A stretch of 64,000 nt of DNA from positions 31,483 to 95,482 of the forward strand of contig JAUWHX010000012.1 of assembly GCA_030605695.1 (NCBI GenBank). The letters are read 5' to 3'. This document shows positions 38,337-48,142 of the stretch, piece after piece. Made by a program: the position numbers and the translations under genes. Source of the DNA: a bacterium. Its GTDB lineage: Bacteria; Hydrothermota; UBA3073; JACQXS01. Position 1 is the first letter of the stretch. Each line of letters opens with the position of its first letter. The notes below the pieces were generated by a model. It searched no databases and was not told the DNA's origin. It saw only the letters and a program-made list of their open reading frames with translations.

Positions 38337-40010
38337 ATGATGGTAATGCGTAAATTGAGAAAAAAGATGAGAGTATTTCTATGGTTTGCTATCGTTGTAT
38401 TTGTAGCTGGAATGACTGCTATGATGGTGGGTGGCGGAGGACGAAAACCTACTCCAACAGAACAAGGAAAAGTTGGCGAAATTTACATAAAACCAACTTC
38501 TGCTTGGCAGAAAATGAAGAGATGGACTCGCAAAGAGAAAATACCTCTTTCTTATCGGGACTACTCAAATCTCCTTGAACACTACAAGAAACAGGGAATC
38601 CCAGCTTGGAAATGCAAGAACCTTGCTTTCAGCACGCTCGTAGAAGAAGCTTTGGTAATTCAGGAGATGAAAAAGAGAGGAATTGAACTTACAGATGAAG
38701 AAGTTGTTGAGATCATTAAAAATAATCCACCACCTGAATTATTACAGGACACTCTTCTCCTTACAAACGGTGAGTTTGATTATAATAAATACCTTGCTAT
38801 TATATCTGACCCATCGAACACTAAATGGCTCCAGTCTTATGAACTCCTCATAAGAAGTCAGATGCCAAGAGAAATCCTATATCAAACTATAACATCAGCG
38901 GCAAGACCTACAACCATTGACCTTATTGAAGCTTATGCTCATTCCCACTTGAAACTTACACTGGAATACGCACTAATCCCGAACCCCGAACCCCGAACCC
39001 CGAACCCCGAGTTGTTGGAATACTACAATACTCATCAGGATGAATTTATGCTTCAAGAGGAGCCAATTATAAATTATGTTGTCTTTCAAGTTCCAATCTC
39101 CGCAGAAGATGAAGATTACACAAAAGAAATTGCTCAGGAGATTGCAGATTTTGCACAGGGAGGTGCTTCCCTTGACAGCTTGGCAATAGAATACGGCTGT
39201 CAAATCATACAAACTCAATCCCAAACACCGAACACCGAACACCGAATCACGAAAAAAGACGACGGATACCACATAACAAAAGAAGATAAAGAATTAATCT
39301 TACCTGTCCGACCGTCTGATGAAAGCTTTGTGCTCACAGAAGACAAAGCCTCCGATTTTATATCTGCCGCTAAATCCGATTTCCTCTCCGCCGCAAAATC
39401 CTATGATTTAAAAGTCCACAAAGGTGCGGGTTATGAACTGCCTATCCCTGCCGACCTCTCTTACATTAACCTTGCTGAAAAAGATAAAATTATAGGCCCC
39501 ATTGAAGGACTTAATTGCTTTTATGTCCTACATACTCTTGGAATACAAGAATCTCATACTCCGGAATTCTCTACCCTGTCCGATAAAGTGCGAGATAAAT
39601 ATCATCACTCCAAGGCACAAGAACTTGCCCAAAAACTACTTGACAAAACAAAGGGTAGGTTGAAGCCCTCGTTTCAACCTTTCAAAGAAGTCTTACAAGC
39701 TAACGGATTTCCCGTCGAAACCCGGGAATTTTCAGCAGGGGCGATTCACGAATCGCCCATCCAACAGGAAATTTTCCTCAAAGCTTCAAATCTTCCTGAG
39801 AACGAAACCGGAATAGTGTCAACCGAAGATGGCATTTATCTCGTTCATTGCTTAAAGCACGAAAAACCAATCCAAGAAGAAATTGAAAAAGCTATTCCCG
39901 AAGTGTATCCTGACTGGATAAAAGAGGAAAAGGAAATGATTTACGAAGAGTGGCTTGCGAACCTAAAAACATCTGTAGACATAAAAGACTACCGATACAA
40001 AATCCACTAA
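38337..40010 (+). CDS. membrane-anchored periplasmic chaperone of the PpiD/SurA N-terminal-domain type (no clear PPIase motif seen)
   Basis: 557 aa. AGGAGG upstream. N-terminal TM (VFLWFAIVVFVAGMTAMMV) and PpiD-like architecture. Family call is tentative. Confidence 0.55.
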   Translation: MMVMRKLRKKMRVFLWFAIVVFVAGMTAMMVGGGGRKPTPTEQGKVGEIYIKPTSAWQKMKRWTRKEKIPLSYRDYSNLLEHYKKQGIPAWKCKNLAFSTLVEEALVIQEMKKRGIELTDEEVVEIIKNNPPPELLQDTLLLTNGEFDYNKYLAIISDPSNTKWLQSYELLIRSQMPREILYQTITSAARPTTIDLIEAYAHSHLKLTLEYALIPNPEPRTPNPELLEYYNTHQDEFMLQEEPIINYVVFQVPISAEDEDYTKEIAQEIADFAQGGASLDSLAIEYGCQIIQTQSQTPNTEHRITKKDDGYHITKEDKELILPVRPSDESFVLTEDKASDFISAAKSDFLSAAKSYDLKVHKGAGYELPIPADLSYINLAEKDKIIGPIEGLNCFYVLHTLGIQESHTPEFSTLSDKVRDKYHHSKAQELAQKLLDKTKGRLKPSFQPFKEVLQANGFPVETREFSAGAIHESPIQQEIFLKASNLPENETGIVSTEDGIYLVHCLKHEKPIQEEIEKAIPEVYPDWIKEEKEMIYEEWLANLKTSVDIKDYRYKIH

Positions 40011-40190
40011 TCCCGATCAGGATAGCATTAAACTCTTAAAGCTTTAAACCCTTAATCTGTAATCTACGTTTATCCGCGTCCATCTGTGTTGTCTGCGGTT
40101 CCACTTTCCCCTAAACCCCTGAACCCCTCTTTCTTTGTGCACTTTGTGGTTTAAAATATTATATCTGTAAAATCTGTGGTTGCGGTTTTT
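40011..40190. repeat. tandem word repeats (reverse-complement versions of the 1017-1327 words)
   Basis: AAACTCTTAAAGCTTTAAACCCTTAATCTGTAATCTAC, ATCTGTGTTGTCTGCGGTT, CCCCTAAACCCCTGAACCCCTC, CTTTGTGCACTTTGTGG, ATCTGTAAAATCTGTGGTTGCGG. Confidence 0.8.
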
Positions 40191-40192
40191 TC

Positions 40193-40220
40193 TTGACTTT
40201 ATTTTGAAGCATCTTAAAAT
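40193..40220 (+). promoter_or_regulatory. sigma70-like promoter of serS
   Basis: TTGACT (40193-40198), 16 nt, TAAAAT (40215-40220). Confidence 0.45.
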
Positions 40221-40270
40221 CTATGCCAACACGCAAACACTGGTAATCGGATTAAACGGATTTAACTGAT

Positions 40271-41578
40271 ATGTTTGATATAAAATTTACAAGAGAGAAT
40301 ATAGAGCTCATTAATCGTGGCATCAAAGAAAAGGGCGAAAGTGTTGACATCAATAAATTTATTAAACTTGATGAGAAAAGAAGAAAACTCATAGGAGAAA
40401 TAGATGATATAAGGAGAGAGAAGAAAAAACTCTCTCAAGATGTAGCTCAACTTAAAAGAGATGGCAAGGATGCCTCTAATCTGATTAGCGATTCAAAATC
40501 CCTGTCAGAGAAGGAGAAGAATTTGGATAGTGAGCTACAAGATGTTAATTCGGGTATTCAGGAGATAATGGCAGGCATACCGAATTTAGCACACCCAGAT
40601 ATCCCTCGCGACAAGGAAACAGTGGTGAAGGAGTATGGAGAATCAAGTGTAGGGGTGTTAAATTTAACGCCCCCACGAACTGCAGATGAACTTTGTGATT
40701 CCCTTGAGATACTTGATTTTAGCAGAGGAAGTAAGATAGCCGGCACAAACTTTCCTTGTTATCTGGGACTTGGAGCAAGACTTGAGCGTGCACTTATTAA
40801 CTTTATGCTTGATTTGCATATAAAACAGGGATATACAGAAGTATTTCCGCCATTCCTTGTAAATCGGAAATCGATGTTCGGGACAGCTCAACTGCCAAAG
40901 CTTGAGGACGATATGTATTTTATCCCCCGGGAGGAACTTTTTCTAAATCCGACCGCAGAAGTTCCACTTGTAAATCTGCATCAGGACGAGACTTTGAAAG
41001 CAGATAGCTTACCGATTAAGTATGTTGGCTATGCCGCCAGCTTTAGAAGAGAAGCAGGTTCCTATGGCAAGGAAACACGCGGATTAAGGAGAGTTCATCA
41101 ATTTAATAAGGTGGAACTAATAAAATTCACATCCCCTGAGAATTCTTACGAGGAACTTGAGTCAATGCTGAAGGATGCAGAGGAGGTTCTAAAATTGCTT
41201 GGGCTCAGGTATCGTGTATTGCTTCTTCCCGTGAATGACCTCAGTTTTGCATCAAGCAAGACTTATGATATAGAAGTCTGGGCTCCTGCAAGTCAGGAAT
41301 GGCTTGAAGTATCTTCTGTAAGTAATTGTGAAAGCTTTCAAGCACGGCGAGCAGGAATTAGATTTAAAAAGTCGGCAGTCCACAGTCCACAGTCCACAGC
41401 TGACAGTCGGCAGTCGGTGGGCTCTAAAACTTCATTTGTCCATATTTTAAATGGTTCAGGAGTGGCAACCCCACGCACATTTATTGCCCTTATAGAGCAG
41501 TATCAAGAAAAAGACGGGACCATCAAGGTTCCAGATGTCCTCATCCCGTATATGGGCGGGATAGATAAAATCAAGTAA
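40271..41578 (+). CDS. serS: serine--tRNA ligase
   Basis: 435 aa. N-terminal coiled-coil arm. Class II motifs [24 protein letters not shown] and [18 protein letters not shown]. Confidence 0.95.
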   Translation: MFDIKFTRENIELINRGIKEKGESVDINKFIKLDEKRRKLIGEIDDIRREKKKLSQDVAQLKRDGKDASNLISDSKSLSEKEKNLDSELQDVNSGIQEIMAGIPNLAHPDIPRDKETVVKEYGESSVGVLNLTPPRTADELCDSLEILDFSRGSKIAGTNFPCYLGLGARLERALINFMLDLHIKQGYTEVFPPFLVNRKSMFGTAQLPKLEDDMYFIPREELFLNPTAEVPLVNLHQDETLKADSLPIKYVGYAASFRREAGSYGKETRGLRRVHQFNKVELIKFTSPENSYEELESMLKDAEEVLKLLGLRYRVLLLPVNDLSFASSKTYDIEVWAPASQEWLEVSSVSNCESFQARRAGIRFKKSAVHSPQSTADSRQSVGSKTSFVHILNGSGVATPRTFIALIEQYQEKDGTIKVPDVLIPYMGGIDKIK

Positions 41579-42291
41579 TGGAGAGAAAGGATAAGCGAGC
41601 ATCAGATGAGCTGAGACCAGTAAAAATAGAGAAGGATTATCTTCGGCATCCCGAAGGAAGCTGTCTTATTGAGCTTGGCAGGACTCAAGTTATATGCTCG
41701 GCTACTGTTGAAGAAAGGGTCCCTTTTTTTCTGAGAGACAAGCGGTGCGGGTGGGTAACTGCGGAATATGGAATGCTTCCACGAAGCACAAAAGAGAGAA
41801 TTCAGAGGAACCGCACATCCGGCAGGATTTATGAGATTCAGAGAATTATTGGCAGGGTTCTTCGGAATGTAACAGACCTTGATTTTATGCCGGGGTTCAC
41901 GATTGCAATAGATTGTGATGTTATTCAAGCAGACGGCGGGACACGAACTGCCGCAATAACTGGCGGATATGTGGCTCTTTACGATGCCTGCCAATATATG
42001 TTGTCTCAAGGGTTAATCGACCATTCGCCAATCCGGGAAGCAGTGGCTGCTGTGAGTTGCGGCATAGTTAATGGAACTCCAATTCTTGACCTTGCTTACG
42101 AGGAAGACTCGCGTGCAGATGTAGATATGAATGTCTCTATGACAGAGTCTGGCAAGTTTGTTGAAATTCAAGGAACTGGAGAAGGAAACGCTTTTACTCG
42201 CGAGGAACTTGACGCAATGCTAAAACTCGCAGACAAAGGAATAAACGAATTAATCTCAGCCCAGAGGGAAGCACTTTTTTTGAAGCTATAG
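41578..42291 (+). CDS. rph: ribonuclease PH
   Basis: [48 protein letters not shown]. Its ATG shares 1 nt with the serS stop. Confidence 0.95.
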   Translation: MERKDKRASDELRPVKIEKDYLRHPEGSCLIELGRTQVICSATVEERVPFFLRDKRCGWVTAEYGMLPRSTKERIQRNRTSGRIYEIQRIIGRVLRNVTDLDFMPGFTIAIDCDVIQADGGTRTAAITGGYVALYDACQYMLSQGLIDHSPIREAVAAVSCGIVNGTPILDLAYEEDSRADVDMNVSMTESGKFVEIQGTGEGNAFTREELDAMLKLADKGINELISAQREALFLKL

Positions 42292-42295
42292 AGAG

Positions 42296-42688
42296 ATGAA
42301 AGAATATACTTCTGCTGGACTAAAGGCTAAACTCCCAAAGATTGAATGCTTCCCCAGTCAATTCAGAGATTATGAAATTACACATATCATTCCTGAGTTC
42401 ACTTCACTGTGCCCAAAAACAGGTCTCCCGGACTTTGGAACCATAACCATAAAATACATTCCAGACAAATTATGCATAGAGCTTAAGTCCCTTAAGCTAT
42501 ATATAGGAGCTTATCGGAATCTCGGCATCTTTTACGAGAACTCAGTGAATCAAATCTTGAAAGATATAATTAAAGCATCCAAGCCCATTAAAGCAGAAAT
42601 AACAGGTGAATTTAACCCCCGTGGCGGAATCAAGTCCGTTGTCCGAGCAACTTACCCAGATAAAAAAATCTTGCCCATTTTACAGTAG
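42296..42688 (+). CDS. queF: NADPH-dependent 7-cyano-7-deazaguanine reductase (unimodular type)
   Basis: EFTSLCPKTGLPDFGTITIKYIPDKLCIELKSLKLY, catalytic Cys and QueF motif region. Confidence 0.9.
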   Translation: MKEYTSAGLKAKLPKIECFPSQFRDYEITHIIPEFTSLCPKTGLPDFGTITIKYIPDKLCIELKSLKLYIGAYRNLGIFYENSVNQILKDIIKASKPIKAEITGEFNPRGGIKSVVRATYPDKKILPILQ

Positions 42689-42734
42689 TAACAAGAGCTT
42701 ACTTAAATACTTTTCGGTTTTTTAAATTTTTTCC

Positions 42735-42762
42735 TTGACAGATTTAAATTTGGCAGTATTTT
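42735..42762 (+). promoter_or_regulatory. sigma70-like promoter of the TetR gene
   Basis: TTGACA (42735-42740), 16 nt, TATTTT (42757-42762). Confidence 0.45.
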
Positions 42763-42766
42763 ATTA

Positions 42767-42793
42767 TTAGACTATTAAACTATTTTAGTCTAA
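42767..42793. promoter_or_regulatory. palindromic operator O1 (TTAGACTA-N11-TAGTCTAA)
   Basis: Perfect 8-bp arms at 42767-42774 and 42786-42793. It lies immediately downstream of the -10 of the TetR promoter. Confidence 0.6.
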
Positions 42794-42813
42794 ATGTCTA
42801 ATAAAATGAGATA

Positions 42814-43389
42814 ATGAAAGAAGATAGAAAAGAGGGTATTATTGAGACTGCACGAGACTTATTTGCACGATTCGGTTTCAAGAAGACTACCGTTGACGAG
42901 ATTGCCAGAGCTCTTCACATGGGTAAAAGCACAATCTACTATTACTTTGAAACCAAAGAGGATATTTTTAAGGCGGTGATAGAGAGAGAGAGTAAATTCT
43001 TGGCTATGAAAATCAAGAAAGCTGTAGACAAAGTAACTTCTCCAGTGGAAAAACTGCGGGTATTTATACTAACAAGGATGCAGTGTCTCAGGCAACTGGC
43101 TAATTTTTACAGTGTACTTAAAGATGAATATTTAGAGCATTACTCATTTATTGAGAAAGTAAGGAAGAGGGACTTTGAAGAAGAAATTGAAACGATAAAA
43201 ACCTTTCTAAAAGAAGGAGTGGAAAAAGGTATTTTTGCTATCAAAAACCCACGATTGACTTCCTTTGCAATTGTTACTGCCTTAAAAGGATTAGAATATC
43301 CCCTGACAATAGGAACTAAAACGACAGACATCAAAAGAAATGTTAATATCTTGTTAGAAACCTTGTTTAACGGGGTAAAAAAGAGATAA
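42814..43389 (+). CDS. TetR/AcrR-family transcriptional regulator
   Basis: 191 aa. N-terminal HTH ARDLFARFGFKKTTVDEIARALHMGKSTIYYYFETKEDIF. Confidence 0.85.
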   Translation: MKEDRKEGIIETARDLFARFGFKKTTVDEIARALHMGKSTIYYYFETKEDIFKAVIERESKFLAMKIKKAVDKVTSPVEKLRVFILTRMQCLRQLANFYSVLKDEYLEHYSFIEKVRKRDFEEEIETIKTFLKEGVEKGIFAIKNPRLTSFAIVTALKGLEYPLTIGTKTTDIKRNVNILLETLFNGVKKR

Positions 43390-43395
43390 ATTTTT

Positions 43396-43432
43396 TTGTC
43401 AAAATTAGACCAAAAAACTAATATGGTCTAAT
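43396..43432 (+). promoter_or_regulatory. promoter of the radical-SAM operon overlapped by operator O2 (ATTAGACCA-N11-TGGTCTAAT)
   Basis: TTGTCA (43396-43401), 17 nt, TAATAT (43419-43424). The 9-bp inverted-repeat arms at 43404-43412 and 43424-43432 have the same half-site (TTAGAC) and the same 11-nt spacing as O1. Confidence 0.6.
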
Positions 43433-43452
43433 AATCTATGGGGAGGTGTGTT

Positions 43453-44886
43453 ATGGTTGAGGTGAAGGATTTGGGTGCAAAAGCACTTAAGGGAGTTGCG
43501 CGTACCGCGGTTCGGAGCAGTACAATTAGAAAGCTTGCACTCAAAAAGATTGAGAGTGAGATGTATAAATCGATTACCTTGAAAAGAGCGGATACTTATC
43601 CTCCCAAGCAGATACAAGATGTGTTCTATATGGGAGATGCTTTGCTTCACTCGGCGGATAGGTCTATGTCTTGTAATATCTCTTCCGGATGTAGGAATGC
43701 CATTATAAATATTTTAGCAAAGGATATACTTACGGGTGGAGATATTAAGACGAAGGAAAAATTTGAGAGTGAATTTGGATTTATACCTCCGCTATTTCTT
43801 ACTATAAGTCCAAGTAATGCCTGTAATCTGAGGTGTAAGGGTTGTTATGCTAATGCCGGAGTCCAAAGTGTTGATAAACTTACTTTTGATGTGTTTGACC
43901 GAATTATACGAGAGACAAGAGAACTTTGGGGTTCTCGTTTTACAGTTATATCAGGAGGAGAGCCACTTCTTTATAAAGGAATTTTTGAGATAGCAGAAAA
44001 ACACAAAGATACATTCTTTTTGATGTATACAAATGGGACTCTTATTGATGAGAAGGTTGCAAGGAGACTTGCGGAAGCAGGTAATATTACTCCGGCTATT
44101 TCTGTTGAAGGATTTGAAAAGGAGACAGATGCACGAAGAGGAAAAGGAGTTTATAAGCGTATTCGGAAGGCAATGCAAAACTTGAAAGATGCTGGAGTTC
44201 CTTTTGGTTTATCTATCACCGCAACAAAACAAAATGTAGATATAATAACAAGCGATGAGTTTTATGATTTCTATTTTGAAAAAGAACCTAAAGCGACTTA
44301 TGGCTGGATATTTCATTATATGCCAATAGGCAGAAGTTATACAATTGAGCTTATGCCGACTCCGGAACAAAGACTTTTTATGTGGGAGAAGAATAGGGAA
44401 ATGGTGAGAAAACGAAAGATTCTTATTGCGGACTTCTGGAATGATGGGGTCGTCTCAGATGGATGCATATCAGCAGGTAGGACAGGGGGCTATTTTTACA
44501 TAAATTGGAATGGAGATTGTACTCCTTGTGTTTTTCAACCTTACGCTGTTCACAATATCAATAGGGTTTATAAGAATGGTGGCAATCTGAATACCGTTCT
44601 GAATTCTGAGTTCTTCAAGGCAATACGAAAGTGGCAAAATGAATATGGTTATGGGCAACCGAAGAATAAAAAAGAAAATCTCTTAAGACCTTGTGCTATT
44701 AGAGACCACTATGGGATGTATCATAAACTTTTAGAATGTTACAAACCTTATCCTATCGATAAGAGTGCCCGAGATGCCTTGAATGATGAGGAATACCGCA
44801 AGAAACTCACAGCATACGGAGAAAAAATAGGAGAATTAACAAAGGACATCTGGGAGAAGGAGTATCTGCAAAGGGAGGGAATTTGA
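43453..44886 (+). CDS. radical SAM enzyme with C-terminal auxiliary-cluster cysteines (SPASM/twitch-like)
   Basis: Start at the second ATG, with GGAGG 7 nt upstream. CX3CX2C = SNACNLRCKGCYAN. GGEPLL. C-terminal GCISAGRTGGYFYINWNGDCTPCVF (CX17CX2C), later RPCAIRDHY and LLECY. About 115 aa precede the SAM cluster. Confidence 0.85.
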   Translation: MVEVKDLGAKALKGVARTAVRSSTIRKLALKKIESEMYKSITLKRADTYPPKQIQDVFYMGDALLHSADRSMSCNISSGCRNAIINILAKDILTGGDIKTKEKFESEFGFIPPLFLTISPSNACNLRCKGCYANAGVQSVDKLTFDVFDRIIRETRELWGSRFTVISGGEPLLYKGIFEIAEKHKDTFFLMYTNGTLIDEKVARRLAEAGNITPAISVEGFEKETDARRGKGVYKRIRKAMQNLKDAGVPFGLSITATKQNVDIITSDEFYDFYFEKEPKATYGWIFHYMPIGRSYTIELMPTPEQRLFMWEKNREMVRKRKILIADFWNDGVVSDGCISAGRTGGYFYINWNGDCTPCVFQPYAVHNINRVYKNGGNLNTVLNSEFFKAIRKWQNEYGYGQPKNKKENLLRPCAIRDHYGMYHKLLECYKPYPIDKSARDALNDEEYRKKLTAYGEKIGELTKDIWEKEYLQREGI

Positions 44887-45122
44887 CATTATTTGAGAGA
44901 GCAAAGAAGATTATTCTCAAATACACAAATATACCTGAAGAACGGATTACACCGGAAGCATCTTTTACCGATGATTTGGGAGTGGACTCATCCGATATTA
45001 CTGGACTCATTATGAATATTGAGGACGAGTTCGGCATCGATATCATTGATACTGTGGAAAGACTCAGGACAGTGGAAGATGTGGTAGAGCATCTCCGTGC
45101 AAGGTTGCCAGGAAATGAATAA
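44883..45122 (+). CDS. acyl carrier protein (copy 1)
   Basis: 79 aa. FTDDLGVDSSDITGLIMNIEDEFGIDI contains the DS phosphopantetheine site. TTG start overlaps the radical-SAM stop as TTGA (44883-44886). Confidence 0.8.
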   Translation: MTLFERAKKIILKYTNIPEERITPEASFTDDLGVDSSDITGLIMNIEDEFGIDIIDTVERLRTVEDVVEHLRARLPGNE

Positions 45123-45152
45123 TCTTAAGTCAAATAATGGGAGGAACAAAAG

Positions 45153-48098
45153 ATGAGAAGATTTGCTAATCTGGTCATTAAATATCGGGTGATTATTATT
45201 GTTTCGGTGATTGGTTTAACTGGATTTTTTGGCTACCAGTTGAAGAATCTGAAGATAAATAGTGATATCCTCACTTACTTGCCCCAAGACGACCCTTTGG
45301 TAGTTCTATTTAACGAAGTTGGTGATAAGTTTGGCGGTAGTTCATTGGCTATGGTGGCGTTGGAAACCGACAATGTGTTCAACTATGAAACATTGAATAG
45401 AGTTAACGAAATCACTGAGAAATTCAAACAGATGGACGGAGTTTCTCAGGTGATGAGCTTAACAGATATTCTGGATATTAAAAAGACTGAATGGGGTTTG
45501 GAGGTTGGCAAGCTGATTGATAGACGTAATATCCCTGAAAGCCCGGATGAGCTGGAAAAACTGATGGAATATACTCTTTCTAAAGATATGTATAGAGGCA
45601 ACCTGGTTTCCGAAGATGGCAAGATAACGGTTATTATTGCACGTCTTGTAGAAGATATTGATAAAATAGAAGATGGGAAGCAAATGAAAGAACTTGTTAA
45701 AGAGACTCAGGGTGAGGAGAAGATATATTATGGTGGAATGCCATTCCAGATGATTTTCTTGGCAGACATCATTATGAAAGATTTGGGTAAGCTTATCCCA
45801 TTGGTTATTTTATTAGTGATGGCTACTCTCTTTTTCAGTTTTAGAAGTTTTCGGGGAATCTTTTTGCCACTGTCTACTGCTTTGATGAGTACAGTCTGGG
45901 CTTTGGGAATAATGAGTTTGATGAAAATTCCCTTGACCATTGCCGCAGATGCGATTCCAGTTTTGCTTATTGCCATTGGCAGTGCTTATGGAATCCACAT
46001 GCTTTCCAAATACAATGAGGATATTAGATTGGGAGATAATAAGATTCAAGGGATTAAAGATGCCTTGAGCGAAGTAGGGATTCCTATATTTTTAGCTGGT
46101 ATTACCACATTGATTGGCTTTTTGGCATTCTTGTCTTCCGACTTAAGTCTAATTCGGGAACTTGGTATTTTCACTGCTATTGGTGTGATGTTCGCTATGC
46201 TTATCTCTGTAACCTTCCTACCTGCAGTGCTTTCTCTATTAAAAGTCGGGAAGGTCAAACTGAACCATAAAGGAGTAGAAAACAATCTATTAACAAGACT
46301 AATGGACAGATTGGGAGCGTTTGTTCTTCGTCGCGAAAAACTCATCGTGGGAATGGGTATCGCTATTATTTTGGCTTCTTTGGTCGCTATTCCCAGACTA
46401 AAGCGAGAAGTCAATATGATTGACTACTTTGAAAAAGACAGCGAGATTAGGCAGACTGAAGAGATGATGGAAGAGAAACTTGGTGGGTCTATTCCAATTC
46501 AGCTTTTGGTTAAAGGAGATTTAAAGGACCCATTCGTTTTGAAAGAGATGCTCAATTTTGAGAAGTATTTAGAAACCCAACCCAATGTGAATGACCCTCA
46601 ATCTATTGCCGACTTAATTTGTGAAATAAACGGGGTAATGAATGACCATTATACCATTCCCGAAACGAGAGAAGGAGTAGCTAATCTTTGGTTGTTCATT
46701 GAGGGAAACGAAGTATTGAATCAATTGATAAATAGTCAAGCAGACGAAGGTTTAATTCAAGCAAAATTAGGTACAGTGAGCACGGGAGAAGTCAGGACTT
46801 TAGTTGATGCAATTGAGGATTATCTGAAGAATGAATTGAAAACGGATTTGCTTAAAGTCCAAATCTCTCTTGTTTCTTCGGATATGGCTGAGATATTGAG
46901 AATGAAACGAGTAGAGGAGATTCTATCAAAAATAAAACGGGATATTAAGATGAGAAATACCGAGTTTCAGGTTTCTGATACTACTCTGACAAAAGTTATC
47001 CTTGCGGGAATGCAGAGTGGACAGGAAGAAATCGACGAGATTTCAATAAAGAGATTGGAAAAAAGAATCACCGATTACTTCAAAAGTGACGAAGCAGATA
47101 TTCAGATAGAGGAGGTATCACCTCAAACGGAAAGAATTATTGCTAAAGTCGTCGCTGATGTCCTCAAACAATTGAAGATAGATGAGATTGATGAAAAAGA
47201 GATTATCAGCATCTTGAAGCGAGATATTTCTAAAAAGAGTTATGCTGGAGAGCCTGAAGTTTTGGGATATGCTGGTGAATCTATTATGGCAATCATAGCT
47301 GATTTTAGAAAATGGGCAAAGGTTAATAATCTCGTGCAGGGTTTGAACCCACTTCTTCCTGAAAATTTAAGGGATGACAGGGACTTCCTAAAAGACTTAC
47401 GAGATGATTGTTGGGAAATAAACGAAGACTGGCTTGCCGTAGAGAGTTCAAAATATGCTGACGCCTTCAATTCCGAAGATAGAGTGAGCTTAACTGCCAA
47501 ACAAACAGGGATGCCTATAATCTATATGGACATAGATAAAAAAACAATGAAGAGCCAGGCATTAAGTCTTTCCATTGCTATGTTTTTGGTTTTTCTTCTT
47601 TTGTCTTTCCAACTGAAATCCCTGATTGGTGGGTTAATCTCAATATCGCCTATCATTCTTACTATTCTCATCAATTTCATTCTGATGGCGGTTCTGAATA
47701 TTCCGTTAGACATAGTCACGGTTATGATTGGCAGTGTGGCTGTCGGGATTGGTATTGACTATACCATTCACTTTATCAACAGATTTAAGTCTGAGATGGG
47801 AAAGGAAAAGACAATTTTGGAAGCTTTGGACAAAACATTGGAAACGACAGGGAAGGCAATTCTCATCAATGCCATTTCTGTAATGATGGGATTTCTGGTT
47901 CTGGTTTTGGGAAGCATAGTTCCTATGCAGCGATTTGGTTATCTGATAGCATTTACGATGATAACCAGTGCTTTAGGGGCTATTACATTTTTGCCAGCCT
48001 TGATTCTTGTCACTAAGGCTGGGTTTGTTGGTGATTTTGGTCGTCTTGCCGGTAAACTGAAGAAGCGGACGACCGGATTTAACAATTCAGGGAGATGA
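45153..48098 (+). CDS. MMPL / RND-superfamily (HAE3-like) exporter
   Basis: 981 aa. N-terminal TM, periplasmic domain, 5-TM bundle (about aa 200-370), second large periplasmic domain, second 5-TM bundle (about aa 800-960). SD GGGAGG upstream. Confidence 0.85.
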   Translation: MRRFANLVIKYRVIIIVSVIGLTGFFGYQLKNLKINSDILTYLPQDDPLVVLFNEVGDKFGGSSLAMVALETDNVFNYETLNRVNEITEKFKQMDGVSQVMSLTDILDIKKTEWGLEVGKLIDRRNIPESPDELEKLMEYTLSKDMYRGNLVSEDGKITVIIARLVEDIDKIEDGKQMKELVKETQGEEKIYYGGMPFQMIFLADIIMKDLGKLIPLVILLVMATLFFSFRSFRGIFLPLSTALMSTVWALGIMSLMKIPLTIAADAIPVLLIAIGSAYGIHMLSKYNEDIRLGDNKIQGIKDALSEVGIPIFLAGITTLIGFLAFLSSDLSLIRELGIFTAIGVMFAMLISVTFLPAVLSLLKVGKVKLNHKGVENNLLTRLMDRLGAFVLRREKLIVGMGIAIILASLVAIPRLKREVNMIDYFEKDSEIRQTEEMMEEKLGGSIPIQLLVKGDLKDPFVLKEMLNFEKYLETQPNVNDPQSIADLICEINGVMNDHYTIPETREGVANLWLFIEGNEVLNQLINSQADEGLIQAKLGTVSTGEVRTLVDAIEDYLKNELKTDLLKVQISLVSSDMAEILRMKRVEEILSKIKRDIKMRNTEFQVSDTTLTKVILAGMQSGQEEIDEISIKRLEKRITDYFKSDEADIQIEEVSPQTERIIAKVVADVLKQLKIDEIDEKEIISILKRDISKKSYAGEPEVLGYAGESIMAIIADFRKWAKVNNLVQGLNPLLPENLRDDRDFLKDLRDDCWEINEDWLAVESSKYADAFNSEDRVSLTAKQTGMPIIYMDIDKKTMKSQALSLSIAMFLVFLLLSFQLKSLIGGLISISPIILTILINFILMAVLNIPLDIVTVMIGSVAVGIGIDYTIHFINRFKSEMGKEKTILEALDKTLETTGKAILINAISVMMGFLVLVLGSIVPMQRFGYLIAFTMITSALGAITFLPALILVTKAGFVGDFGRLAGKLKKRTTGFNNSGR

Positions 48099-48142
48099 GT
48101 TTAAGAAAATCAAGAAACCGCTGTTTATGAGGTAACCAAAAC

